From Trichinella spiralis (lineage: Eukaryota): DNA of 64,000 nucleotides. Below, piece after piece: positions 39,239-52,513 of the stretch. The stretch covers positions 11,832,007 to 11,896,006 of the forward strand of contig NW_003526943.1 of assembly GCF_000181795.1 (NCBI RefSeq). Direction: 5' to 3'. Position 1 is the stretch's first letter. Each line of letters begins with the position of its first letter. Below the pieces are notes generated by a model, which worked only from the letters and a program-made list of their open reading frames with translations, was not told where the DNA came from and searched no databases. A program made the position numbers and the translations under genes.

Positions 39239-40559
39239 TTATTGGCATGCATCCAAGTTTTCTTTCTTTATCATGTTTCTGAACAAAGCCGCCGCTTCTT
39301 TGCTCAAAACACAAGCGACTGTTGCTCCATATTTTGCATCATTCGTCTAATTGATTTTCAATTTAGTAAATAAAAGAATATAAAGTGAATTCAATCATAC
39401 CGTTCTTCCAGTATTGCTTAAGCATATGAAATCAGAATCTGATTTCGGAACAGACCATCTTGCACTGTCTTGTCCTATTGGAATTACAGTATCTTTAACA
39501 GTTATTGGCCCTAATACGTTTTCCACTTTCAATGTGCCAGTGCATGTTTTTCTCAAAACAGTTGTAGTTGTTCCAGGTGTGTAAACTTGCATGGATTTTT
39601 CTAGACGTTTAACAATATAATTTGAATATATATCTGAAAATACAAAATTTTTTCTGTTTAATATATTTTTTATTAATTTTGTGAATTCAGATGTACCTGA
39701 TGAATATCCTACTGGTGCTGATGCAAATATTTTCACAGTTCCTGGTGGAGTCAAAGTCGCTACGCCATCACCAGAAACAGATGCAGTTGGCTGATACTTA
39801 TGCAATCCATTTACAAGTTTTTGAATTTCAGTTGAATCGTAGAATGGCTGGGCGGCTGCTGCTGCCGATCTCTGAGTAAAATATACGATGGGTTGTTCAT
39901 AATCAATTATTTTTGCTAAAATCATTTGGGTTTTTGAATTACATTTCAAGAAAATAATGGTGTATACCAATAGCCCTCAAATTGACATCAGAATATGTCA
40001 TGCATAAAAAAGCAGCTGCGTCATTAGTGGTCTTCTCATTTGAAAATAGATCTCCTATAGCACCTGCTAAATTTGGAAAATACTTTGCTGTGTGTACCAA
40101 CCAAAATCCCTTATTTGCATCTTCAGCCATTATTACTCCTAAATAAGAAACTTTGATGCTGCAATTTCAATGTGATGCATTTTTATATACCTTTTCCAGG
40201 ACTCATGGGAAGTTCAAATTTAAAATGCGGAGGATAATTACTGTATAGTATTATATTTGCATTATCCTTATTTCCTGAATTAAAATACGTATTCATCGTA
40301 GAATGAATTGGTTGCTGTGCGGCATCTATATCTGCAAGAGCTGCCCAGTCTGCATCACCTGGTTTAAGATAATGTGAAGATTTTCCTCCTGGCAGTTTAT
40401 AAACAAAGAACCTAAAAAGTAATATTAAATAGTTTGATGTATGATACATTTGAATTTGCATTACCAATCTACATTATTAGCATTTTCAATGCATTGGTAT
40501 TCAACGGATGTTACACGTAACTGCAAGGTATACAGAGCTATAACAAAAAATATGAACAT
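39239..40559 (-). CDS. Secreted DNase II-like (plancitoxin-1-like) protein, copy B, lacking catalytic His
   Basis: Signal peptide MFIFFVIALYTLQLRVTS. Same exon structure as copy A with high similarity (LPGGKSSHYLKPGDADWAALADIDA, GFWLVHTAKYFPNLAG, GQDSARWSV). Confidence 0.9.
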
Positions 40560-40594
40560 TTTTTTCAATTTTGAACAACTTCTATTCAGGGTGC

Positions 40595-40645
40595 CCTATA
40601 TATATAGATACGAATAGGCACTGAATAAACAAGAAAGCAAAAGGA
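40595..40645 (-). promoter_or_regulatory. TATA box and conserved proximal promoter, DNase II copy B
   Basis: A TATATATA run ~40 bp upstream of the ATG, adjacent to + strand TAGGCACTGAATAAACAA, paralleling copy A. Confidence 0.55.
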
Positions 40646-41434
40646 TTATGAGTTTTTAACAGAATTTTAGTTTTATTGAATTGCATTATAAAAAATTTTT
40701 CTGCTGTTGTAAATATTTGACCAGCGACGCCATATTGCATATCATGCCTTTTCAAAATGTTTTATAAACATTTCTTGAAATTTTATTTGTTATTTTGATG
40801 TAGGTTAATTGGTTTTCATGTTATTTAATATTATTTAATGTAATTTAATGATAATTCATTTCCATATATGCTCATTTATTTCATTAATCTGCCACATTTA
40901 TTTAATTTCAAAGCCACTCTAGAAATTAACCAGTAGTTTCTTTAGTATTTTTTGTCTTATAATGCATTCAACGAAATAATATTTAAATTAACAATGTTTA
41001 AAACTAATTTACAAACGGAAACAACTGTTTTTGTTTCACTTTTTGAATAAGAAAAGGTGAAAAATATCCCGATGATTTTATGAACAGATATGTAAATGAA
41101 TAATTCATTCAATGCCCATAATACTTTTTTTCACTTAATAAATAGACTAGGTTATATTTTTTATTATGAAAATAAAAAAGCTATCTACAATTCTTAGTGA
41201 CCGCAGCTGTATGCTTATTGTTGTGATATTTAGTTGTCAATGAATTACTGAACGATTAATTTAGAGTTTTTGTTTCAAAAGTGTTTACAAAATTCTAATA
41301 AAATAACCTTAATGCATTTTTATGTAATACATAATAATTCAGGAAAGCAAATAATTGCTGTTTTAGAAATGTGCTGTCATATTCACTAATTATGCTAAGT
41401 TCCATGCAGTGACATGTGGTGCTTGTTACTGGCC

Positions 41435-41710
41435 GCTTTTAAAGTATTTATTCATACCCAGTCTAAATCATGTCTCTATGCTTTTAATTCAACGTGCGTT
41501 TATTGAATACGTTTATTGCTTGCATAATTGCCACATTAATTTTTTGGCACAATATTTTATATAGACATCACAATTAATTATATTATTTATTTCCAGATTT
41601 ATTTACTTCTTCAAAACAATGGAAAGCAAGCTTTTGTACAAGATTATACTGATTAAAACGGGCTGTATAAGAAGCAACATTGTCTTTATAAATAAATGTA
41701 TTAATGCAAT
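41435..41710. repeat. Duplicated non-coding block, copy 2 (upstream of DNase II B)
   Basis: Colinear with 37430-37704 in the same orientation. Confidence 0.9.
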
Positions 41711-43953
41711 AATATAAACAAAGATGAATTTTGAATGTGATTTCAGTCTCGAGCTGTAAGCATCATCAAAAAAAAAGCTACATCAATTTTACTTTCAGTG
41801 GAAAGCCGCAATGATGGTAACAACTTCACAGTAGTTAAAAAAGTATGTAAAGAGTAAAGCTGTTTTTCACCGTTCAGTATGTTTGCAGTATGCAGACGTA
41901 TTAGACTGAGATTTCGAAAAATTGTTTTTCTAATCAACAATTCCGTATTACAAATATATTAAAGTCAATAGTATAATAATAATACCAAGAAAATGCTTGA
42001 TAATTGTTACAATTGAAATTAAAATTAAAATGGTCATTGCTGTTGGGACTGGTGCTGTGGAAGTACTGTGTGCAGCATAGCATGTCATAGCATTTTCTAA
42101 CTTTCCTATCTTCATTTCAACTGCGAAAGGCGCAACGCTGGTAGCTTTTGTGGTCGCTTTTTTTGCGGTGCGCTGACGATGTTATTCCGTTGCCCCTGGT
42201 GATCTTTCCATAGGCCCAGGCAAATTTCTCAGTGGATTTTGTGCTCTTTGGTTCAGCGCATTTTCTGCAAAATCTTTACCGCATCCCAACAAATATAACA
42301 TTGTATGTTTTTACAAAAAAATATAAAATAAAATAAAATAAAATTTAAAATGTATATATAATTATATAACTTCTCATATAAACAATTACAAATAATTTAG
42401 CAATAAATAATGATTAAGTATATTGAAAATTGAAGTATATTGCACGTCGGGTTGTGATTTGTAGAATTGCAAGTCATGTGCTGTGACATCATTGTAGTAA
42501 TGAGTTCAATTTCCGCTGGCCCTTAGATCATACACTAATACATAGCACTGCATAGCAATTCCCGTCAGCGGTCTTAAAAAGATGTTGTTAGTGCAGCGCA
42601 GGCTGACCTTTGAGAAGATTACTACGTGAAATATAATAATTTATCCAAACTGTTTGCAGATTCTTATCTTAACGTGTGATTGTCATGAATGGAATTGCTC
42701 AGAAGATCATTTTGTGAAGGTAAGCTGCTTCTTCAACAATTTTAAATAATAATAAAAGAAAAATTACATACAGTTTTACCATTTTTTAATTCTGATGTTG
42801 ACGCCGAAGTCGTTTGCATAAATAAGATCTAACTAGGAGCTGATATTTTTTAAAATATTTTTTATGATTATAAGCATATCAGTTGCAATCATTTAATACA
42901 ATTTAAATGAAAAATATTTCTTATAAAAAATTATATTCACTCATCAATGACAGGTGAAATTATTCTTTCATTATAAGTGAAAAATTAAAAAAGCTAAAAA
43001 GCAGTAGAAAGATGACAGCGAGCAATCTGAAAGCTCAATAATATACTTTTTAATAAAAATAAAAGAATATGTTATGATATTACGTAACATTTGTATCATA
43101 TATTTAAGAAGTTCAGAATTTCCTTAAAAGAATATTTAAATTTATTTGAAATTTACTTGTGGAAATTACAGAAATAAGTATAAAATAACAAATGAACTTC
43201 TTAGTTTAAAAGAATAACTTCATACATTTTCATCTGTCAATTAATAGATATATTTCAGTTTTCAAAAAAGATGTAAACAAAGGAAAAAAGCATTTGAATA
43301 TTATTTGTATACAGAAGATTTTAGAAGTTAAATTTTGTATGCATTAAAAGTTATTATACTTAAATATTTGCCAATATGAAATATAATTTATATATATTTT
43401 TTTAATTTAAATTAATTTTATTTTAAGTACACTTTATGAATGGTACTTATTTGTAAATTATTTTAAAATCGCTTTATTATCAAGGGAAATTGATAATCAT
43501 TCATCAAAAAGGTAATATTTGATGACTAGCCATCCAACGCAAAACAGATAGAGTTGTACATAGTACAATTGGATATAAAAGGTCTTCTGTCATAAAAAGC
43601 GTTTTAATGATGGAAAGAATATTGCTTATATTTAATTAAAGTTGTTGAAATGAACGAAAAGATATAATTATTATTAAAATTTAAATTAAATTTGAAAGTT
43701 ACATGAAGATTAATTAATTTATCAAGTTAAACTGAACCTATTGCTTCAGATGAAGCGATCCATATTTATAGCAACATCCGCTCAAAATATTAAAGTTTAG
43801 AAATTTCTGCTTCCGCAGAAACAGGAAAATAAGTGGAGCTCAATCAGTTTTGATTGAAGGAAAAAGTAACTATTTAAAACAAAATAAAATCACCAGAGCT
43901 AATCTAAATTACTGAATTGTACAGTGTTGCATGCAAATATTGACAACATCAAA

Positions 43954-45095
43954 ATGGATAATTCGACAATTTCGTTTTTATTTTTTCTCAGCTTAGGTTT
44001 GACTGCAGTCTTGGCAAATATTGTTTTTCTTCTAATTATTTGGTCAATGAAAAGATGTCAAATAACAGACATTACATTTTTAAAAAGTAAGTGAATAAAA
44101 AAACAATTTTAGCTTCGCAAGCATGAAGTAAGCAAATTTAACAGAAAGAAAACAGAATATTTAAATGAATTTTTTAAAATGTATGTTCTGATAATTTTCT
44201 GTTAAATTGTACAATAGATATTTTGCTGTTGTGGAAAAATTTTGTTCATATTTAAATATTTGATGCAATTTCAGTCATTGCAATTGGAAATGAACTGTGT
44301 GCTTTGTCATCTGTGATTTATCATGTTCGTAAATTAATTATTCAAAAAGTGTTGAAAGAAAAGACCACATTTTCCATCAAATATTGCGCTTTGCAGTCGC
44401 CAAATCAGCTGCTCTTCCTTTTTGGCAACGATTTGACGTTTTACGCCACACTGGCTTTGGCCATGGGGAGGAAAAATTTCATAACTGCGATATTGAACAA
44501 ATGTAAATTTTCCACAGATTGCAATTTTTCAAACGTCATTGCGCATTTGATCTATTGCGCAACTCTGGCCAAAATTGGCATCTATTTCATGCACATCTTC
44601 AGGCGCCAAGATACCCACGTGGCGGCCGACTGTGATTTGCACACCATTTTGACGCCCATATATTTCAACTTCATTGTCGGCAAATATTTCATCATGAGCT
44701 GCTTCATGGCTATCATGCAATCTGGCTTCATCAAAAGCAATCGACTTTCCCATGCATGCACAATTACTGAAAAGAAACAATCCAACACTTCATCGAGCAA
44801 CTACAATTCCAACATCTGGATTGATATTTTCTTCCTTATAAATGTGATTTTGCTAATTTTCCCTTGGATATTGACCGTTTTCAAGAGCTTCCCATCTATA
44901 GCTTACGACGTGTCGATCATGCTGATTAATTTCACCTGGAGTTTCACAGCCATCGTTTATCCGACAGTGATCAACACTGAACTCAAAAGCAGCATAATGA
45001 AGCGCTTTCGAAAATTCCTTCACCGTCTATACGGTATTCATTCTGAAAATGAAAATATCCACCTGAGCATCACTCAACTATCATCATCCATTTAG
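43954..45095 (+). CDS. 7TM GPCR/chemoreceptor-like protein (2 exons, ~317 aa)
   Basis: Exon 1 (43954-44086): MDNSTISFLFFLSLGLTAVLANIVFLLIIWS. The intron to 44274 joins in frame to the 44304-45095 ORF. About seven hydrophobic segments, with a C-terminal IVYP.INTELK motif resembling TM7/helix 8. Confidence 0.7.
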
Positions 45096-45979
45096 CGTGA
45101 CGAATGTTCTTTTTTGAAAACGACATTAATTTTTGTTTTCTATCTTTTCTATGAAATACATTAAAATTTATATTTATCATATATACAATTTTTGAACATT
45201 TCCTGAAAGTGTAACATTCCTATAAATTCATAAATAAATAAAAATCATAAATTCTATTCATCTTTTGAAATTAATAGCTCAAAGTCAATATTAATTACAA
45301 ATTCGTATTTATTTAAACTATTTTATTATGTAAGAAAATTGCTGGAGCAACTCCAATAACTGTACAATTTCAATTCGTATATATATTATACGTATAAATA
45401 TGTGCGCATTTTGTGTTCATATTTGCCAATACCCCTCATATGTCATATAGAGAAAAATGAAAAAATAAATAAACTAGTTTAGTGAATTTTTAAAATTTAA
45501 AAATGAAACATTATTTCAAACATTAAGCATTTTTGACCTACATCATATTAGCTATTCTTTTTTTCTAGCGTGAACTACTTTTTCATTTTTTGCAATTCTT
45601 GTGAATAACAAAAATAAGCGTCATCCTGTTATTCTGCATCGAATAAAAATGTTGTGAAATAAATTTCATTTCATTCATCAATAATTTATCAGCTAATTTT
45701 AACTTTTCATTACAAAAGATGGAAGTCTTTTTGTGAACTTTAAGCTGTTGATTGAATCAGAATTCATAATCATATTTGACAATTATGCTTTCAAAAATGC
45801 AGGTCACGGTCACCAGAGTTTGCAGGCAGTTTTAATAAAGATAACGCCCAAAAATGCAGATAATTTGAAATGGAAAAATTTGAACAACATTTGTAATGAT
45901 GTTTAATTTTTCAGATAATATCATTACCTTGTCAAATGATAAATATTGCGCAAATAGCATCAATTAGTAATATACGTCA

Positions 45980-46030
45980 TTCATACATGCCTACATACAT
46001 ACATACATACCTACAAACATACATACATAT
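45980..46030. repeat. Imperfect (TACA)n microsatellite
   Basis: Run of CATA/TACA units. Confidence 0.85.
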
Positions 46031-47042
46031 ATATTCGCATTTCATTAAAATAATTTTAATTTTTTTTTCAATTTTACATTATTTAAAGTAAAATTTCATT
46101 TAAAAGTAATACAATTTTTGAATAAAATTTTCACTTCTGAAAATAAAAATAATTTATTTTATTAATAACTGTTATTGTGCAAATAAAATCTATAATTTAA
46201 ATAGCTTTCCCATTTTCAAATTTATTAGCATATTATTTATAAACAGTACTTAAGAAAAGTTGTAAGTTGCTTTATAACTTGGTTTTACAATGAAAAAAGT
46301 TTTATTCTTGATTTCAGTTATTGTATTCGTGCTGATTTCAAAAAATTACAACTTTTAGCATTTAGTAAATTGGTTTCTTTCACCTTTGAATCATAGTATT
46401 ATTCAAAATTTCATATATTCGTATTAAAAATTACTTATTTATTTACAACACGCTTTTAAAATTTATATTTATAATAAAAATTTGTTTAGCAAATTGCCAA
46501 TTCTTTCAATGACATATATTGCTTATGATAAATTCATGTAAGCAATAATTTGAACAAAAGATGTTTATAATAAATACTTCAATAATTTGACTTTTTCTCA
46601 AAATGACAAAGATGTTTACTGCAATTTTCTTTATTAATGTAATTCTGCGAAATAGACCGTCCAAAGAGCATCCAAAGTGCCGGAGGTTAGCAGCAAAATT
46701 AGAAATATTGCTACTGCTTGTATGTTCGTCGCTGATATTTAGTATTAAGTGTGGGAGAGTCTTGCTTTCAAAAGGTTGAAAATTGGGCTTGCCAGCATGG
46801 CAACGACGTGCATTATAAGCCAGATTTTTCATTTTCATAAAATCTGGGCCGTCCATTGCACCAACTGTCCACTTGCCATTGGTCAGTTTGAAGTGCAGCC
46901 GTCATCAACGTCAGAAACTGGATTGAAGCAGGCATTCAGTTAGCCTTAATTAAAGACGGGACAACCTCCAACAAATGCATCCTGTTGTTATACATAGGAC
47001 AAAATAACACTCATCTCAGGCGTCTATTTACAACGGTCTATA

Positions 47043-47481
47043 ATGAAATATCTTCCCCTTTTCACAATTGTTTTAACAATCTGTGCTATTCAAGCGATTA
47101 GAAATGAAAGTAATATCTGCTTTCAAATATCTAAACTATACATGTATATATATATATATGTATGTAGAGTAATTAGTTATAAATTTAAACATTTTCTTCT
47201 TTAGAAGCTGCCAGGCGATTGCGAAATTTTGCTTCAAACATTGTCGTACCTAATACTGCCAATGATCCGTGTGAGAATTTGATTCAAGTTGGAACAGTGC
47301 TCATTGAACGTGAAAGACGTAGAATAATCAAAAAACTTTTAAAATCATTGGTTAAAGTAAGTTTAAATCAAACAAATCAAAATAAATTATCCAATAACTT
47401 TAGAGTGCTGAACGAAATAAGCGTCGAGGGAACAGAGGAATGCGTACCTGTAATCGCATGCTCAGAATAGTACAAGGCTAA
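47043..47481 (+). CDS. Small (~98 aa) secreted, highly cationic protein of unknown family
   Basis: Exons 47043-47109, 47205-47356 and 47404-47481, joined by GT-AG introns in phase. Signal-peptide-like MKYLPLFTIVLTICAIQA. TATA-like TATACATAGG lies ~50 bp upstream. Confidence 0.6.
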
Positions 47482-49435
47482 TAATTATATACTTTCTTTC
47501 ATTGTATGATTTATTGATAACATTAAGAAATCTCATCTTCTAACAATTTACTTTGTTTTCTTTTCAAATTCATCATTTTCATGAATTGTAATTTTGACAT
47601 TTTTACAATTAAAAAGTCATTCATGGTAGAGTGCAAAATTTGAATATAGTTCCAACAGCACGTAATAAATGAATATAGTTTTGTTTCTTTAATTTGTGAT
47701 ACATGTGCATATTATGAAGAAGTTTCTGTCTATTTTTTTGGTAGAAAAATACAATTCAACATACTATTAGTGTTTTTTATTGATTCGCATTAAATACAAA
47801 TTGAATTGTTTGAAAAAAAGTTTCAACTTTCTTGACAAAAACTTTTCAGAATTAACAATATTTGTTATAATTTTAAATAAATTACATTAATGCATAATGG
47901 AAGCTTACATGTTGTTAATAGACATTATTTTAGATTTTATTAAAAATAATTTACTTAAATAACTTTAAAATATGAAGTTGTGAAATACTGGGATGGTATA
48001 AATTTCTTCTAAATGACTCCAATGGTTACTTCTAACTTGAACTTGTATAAGGCAATGTTATGATTTCTTCAGTAAAACAACTTTAATTTATTATAATAAT
48101 ATTTAAATTCGACCTATTCTATTAAAAATTTGATGAATAGACAACATTTCAAAATTAACTGAAATTTTAACACGTCATTTATGTAAATGACAGGTACATG
48201 ACAATGACACTTGTCTTTATTTTTGTTAAATACATTCTGACCAATTAATGATCAAGAACAAGCAAAGCACTTTGTGAAACTTAAAATTACATTTCTCTTG
48301 CTTCTCTCAAAAATTTACAAAGATCTGCTAAAACGAGATCTAATTATAATGAATACGCAAATTTATTCTGAAAAATCACAATTTTCAAACAAATCTGGTG
48401 AACATGTTTTAATAAATGAAATGCGCCCATGAATAAAATGATGCATTATGTAAACCGTATAAATTAAAAACATATATATAAATCAATTACAATATTAAGT
48501 TTCATTCATTCTTTTCTTTTGTCATTTTATTCTTTGAATTATCCAACAGTTTCACACCAAATAAATACCACACCATAACGAAATCAAAAACATTCACAAG
48601 TGCTAAACATTCTCATTCCTAACCTTTTATTGTAGGTAGAAATATGCACAAAAAGAAACGTTTAAATACAACTTCATACGTAACTCATTTCCACATTTAA
48701 TTGTCATGCTTTATTCTGTTACACCATTTTCCCAGAAAAGTGTTTAACAAAATCACCTGACAACAATGGCTAGTAAAATTCGTGAATATCACTTTTCACA
48801 AATAATTCTCGACTTTGAAATAATATTACACAATTGACTAACATATAAAATATTAACACACTCATCACTCTTCAAAATGTGCTTGGTGTGATAATAAATG
48901 TACAATACAAATGTTTAAATATTAACTGCATTACTTATATTGCATTCTTTTAAATTTTGCAAAAAATAGGGAAAATAACATGCTTGATAAGAATTTCTTG
49001 ATTATAATAAAGGCAGGCATTGAAATAAAAGCAAGCATGCTTTTTCAAATTGTTTCACAAGTCACAACTAATTACTACATGGTTCAACTTTTAAAATTAA
49101 GAGGTTCATCATACTGTAACTCACTGTATCACTAATCAGTATACTGTATTACGAATAAAATTATTTACGTTTTGTATGCGGATATTGATATGATATTGAA
49201 ATACGGATTTTTTTAATTTATAAATTATTTACTGTGGAAAATTTTTAATTCTTAATTAAATTATTGAACGTGATTTCTTTTATTTTGTAACAGTTGGCGT
49301 CATTGTTGATTGTCATATTTTTGTATCAGAATTTTAAGTGTACTGTGAAATGCATTGAAAACACTACTTTTCACTTTAATAAATATATGATTGTTATAAC
49401 TATTATATGTTTAGAATTCAGTCTTACAATTCGCA

Positions 49436-52266
49436 ATGAAAGCCATGTTCATGTTCTTGGTACTTCTGATTTTTAATAATATTCTGGCCTCAGCTGGTGG
49501 GTGTTCTTACAATGAATCTTGGTTTGAAAATATGCCAGTTGATCATTTTTCCTTCGAAAACTCTGACACATTTCGCCTTCGCTATCTCATAAATACCGAA
49601 AATTGGAATTCTGATGGAGGTCCAATATTTTTCTACTGCGGAAATGAAGGTTCCGTAGAAGGCTTTGCCGAGAATACGGTAAACGTGCTCTGTAACTGTT
49701 TATTATGATTAATTACTCTGAAAATTAGAAATTAAAGCACACAACAGTATTAATGAGCTGAACAATTGGCGTGCTTGTGTGAAGTTTTCGACAGTATTTT
49801 ATTTAAATCCAGCTTTATTGCTAATTTGAAAATTATTTTTGAAATCTCATTTAATTGTATTTTCTTAACCTCAGTAATAGCATTAAGATTGAAATGAACG
49901 ACATTTTCTTAAGATTTTAGTATTAGGCGACTCCGACTAAACAGTTTTAAAGTGCGCTTGAACTGAAGATTCAGAATATTTAAATTATTTGAGAACATTT
50001 ATTTAATTCCATTTAATGTTTTTACGTAATGCCTTCGGCGTCCATTTTATCTTTTTTATTTAGCCAACCAATAAAACTTATAATATGCATTTTTAGTTTT
50101 CATATTATGATGTAATATATTACTTAAAATTTTATATTTGTAAGAATTCTATAATGTATAATTATATTCTGTAATAATTTATTTGAGGAATTTGATAAGT
50201 TTTATGATTATACTTTCAGTATATACGTCTGAAAAGATAGATGCATCATTTATGATATGTTGAATATTTATCAGTTTGATTTATTTAGGGTTTTATGTGG
50301 GAAAATGCAAAGGATTTTGGAGCTATGGTTGTTTTTGCGGAACATCGATATTATGGCAAATCGTTGCCTTTTGGTAATGAATCGTCATCTAATTTGGGCA
50401 AACTGAACTCGGAGCAAGCTATGGCAGATTATGCAGTTTTGATTAATTGGTTGAAAACGAACATTACTGGCGCTAAAAGCAGTGCCGTAATAGCATTCGG
50501 AGGCTCTTATGGCGGGATGTTGGCTGCTTGGATGCGCACAAAATATCCGCATCTCGTGGATGGGTAAATGTTTGTTTTTCGATGATCAGATGGAGAATTA
50601 TTGAAATTATGTATTTCCAGTGCAATAGCAGCTTCTGCTCCAGTTGCTCAGTTTTCTGGAATGACCGTTTGTTCATCGTTCAGCGATATCACAACGGAAG
50701 TATATCGAAATGCCAGTCCATCTTGTGCATTATCCATCAAACGTTCATGGCCTATTATTCGTAAATGGGGGAAAACAGGTAGAATTTTCATTTTTTTAAA
50801 GCTATTTATTTTTTTTCTTCTCTTTGGTTGTGGGAATTTGTTTATTTTCAATTCTTTGCTTGCTCAGCGGAAGGACGACTAGATCTTGCTAAAATGTTTC
50901 GACTGTGCAATGAAACTCAGTTTACTAGCAAGAAAAATGTGACTCAGTTGGTGAATTGGCTGACGGATATTTATGGTACATTGGCCATGGTGAATTATCC
51001 ATACGCGACTGAATTTTTGAAACCTGTGCCAGCCTGGCCAGTGAAGGCAAGCGACGAAGATTCTGTTTGCACTGTTGTTGTTGGCTTGTTTTTCTTTCTG
51101 ATCATTCATCCACGTGCATGTATTTGCAAAAGGATATGTGTTTCTTTTAATTTTTTTTTAATTTTCAACAAAAATATTGTAAATGCCGAATGCGAGAAAA
51201 TCACTTCGATTGGAAAATATTTTGGTTATGCTTTCAAGCAACCAGAAAAGCCTAACTAACTGATATGTTGCTACAGTATGAAGAAAATGTCTAACGCTTG
51301 AACACATTTAAATAATTGCTGCGTGCAGATTGCCAATTTGTTTGTTTGCATGTTTTGGTTTTGCGCAGTGTAATATTCATTTGTTTACAGGTAGCGTGTC
51401 AATTTTTGAATGATACTGAAGTTGGCGAAACTGAATTGCTGCACCGAATTTACTCGACAATTTCAATTTACACCAATTTTACTGGAAAAAAGCCTTGCAA
51501 TTTATTGGAAAATGATTACGGTGATTCAGTGGACGGAAAATTGTGGGATTATCAGGTTGGTGTAAATTGTGATATGCATTTTTGATTATAAATTTTGTTC
51601 AGGCTTGCACGGAAATGGTAATGCCAATGTGCAATACAAAAGATAGCATGTTTGAGCAGTCGGATTGGAATTTAACCGAATTTTCTGACGAATGTTTCGA
51701 GAAATTTAAAGTGAGACCAAGACCCGATTGGGCTATTATTAATTATGGAGGAAGAAAATTGGAAAGTGCAACCAATGTTGTATTTAGGTGAGATTTTCCT
51801 TTTTTTAAATCAGGATATACTTGTATGTAGAGTGTTATTTTAATAATTTTTCAACATACTGAAATAGATGTGTAAATTTTTTTTTTAATTTTGAAATTGT
51901 AAGTTGAGAATTTTTCAGCAATGGCTGGTTGGATCCATGGCGTGGAGGTGGTATAGTGAATTCACATTTTCGTGGTGTGGCTGCTTTGATAGTCGAAGAT
52001 GGAGCGCATCATTACGATTTGCGCGGTAGTAATTCTGCAGATACCGCTTCTGTGCAGACAGTGCGTTTACTTGAACTTGGTTTCATGAGGAAATGGATAA
52101 AAAATAGTTCATTACGCCAAAATCGGCCTTTTTACTATAGGAAAGGAAATGCGGAACAGGTGAATTATTAATTTTGATATTATTTTGCAATTTTCATTGA
52201 TAAAATTTTTTTGTATCTGTATTAATTTTGTTCGATGGTTTGTTTTCTTTTTAGAATTTTCGATGA
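49436..52266 (+). CDS. PRCP: Lysosomal Pro-X carboxypeptidase (peptidase S28), multi-exon
   Basis: Signal peptide, then VDHF, GPIFFYCGNEG, FAEHRYYGKSLP, GGSYGGMLAAWMR.KYPH (nucleophile Ser), QACTEMVMP, SNGWLDPW (Asp) and GAHHYDLR (His). Stop at 52266 if the last short intron is spliced, otherwise 52171. Confidence 0.93.
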
Positions 52267-52513
52267 AATAGAAGAAGAAGAAAATTTTGATAGAATTGTG
52301 ATGTTAGTGTAATAGTATCTTTTTTTCCATTAAATAAATGCACGCTAGTGTTTATCGATGTTATTAAAATTGTAAAAGCGCGTTCTTCTCCTTTGTGAAT
52401 ACTGCACTGATCAGTATGAATCTAACCGGAGATACTTTGTTTGAATTTATTGTGAAAAAATTTTTTCTTATAATTTGTATTTTGTCATATTTTAATATCA
52501 AAAGGAGTAGTAG

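Noticed and set aside
46506..46960. 116-aa minus-strand ORF in a GC-elevated patch
   Set aside because: No recognisable family or splice structure. It may be a transposon relic, but I cannot support a call.
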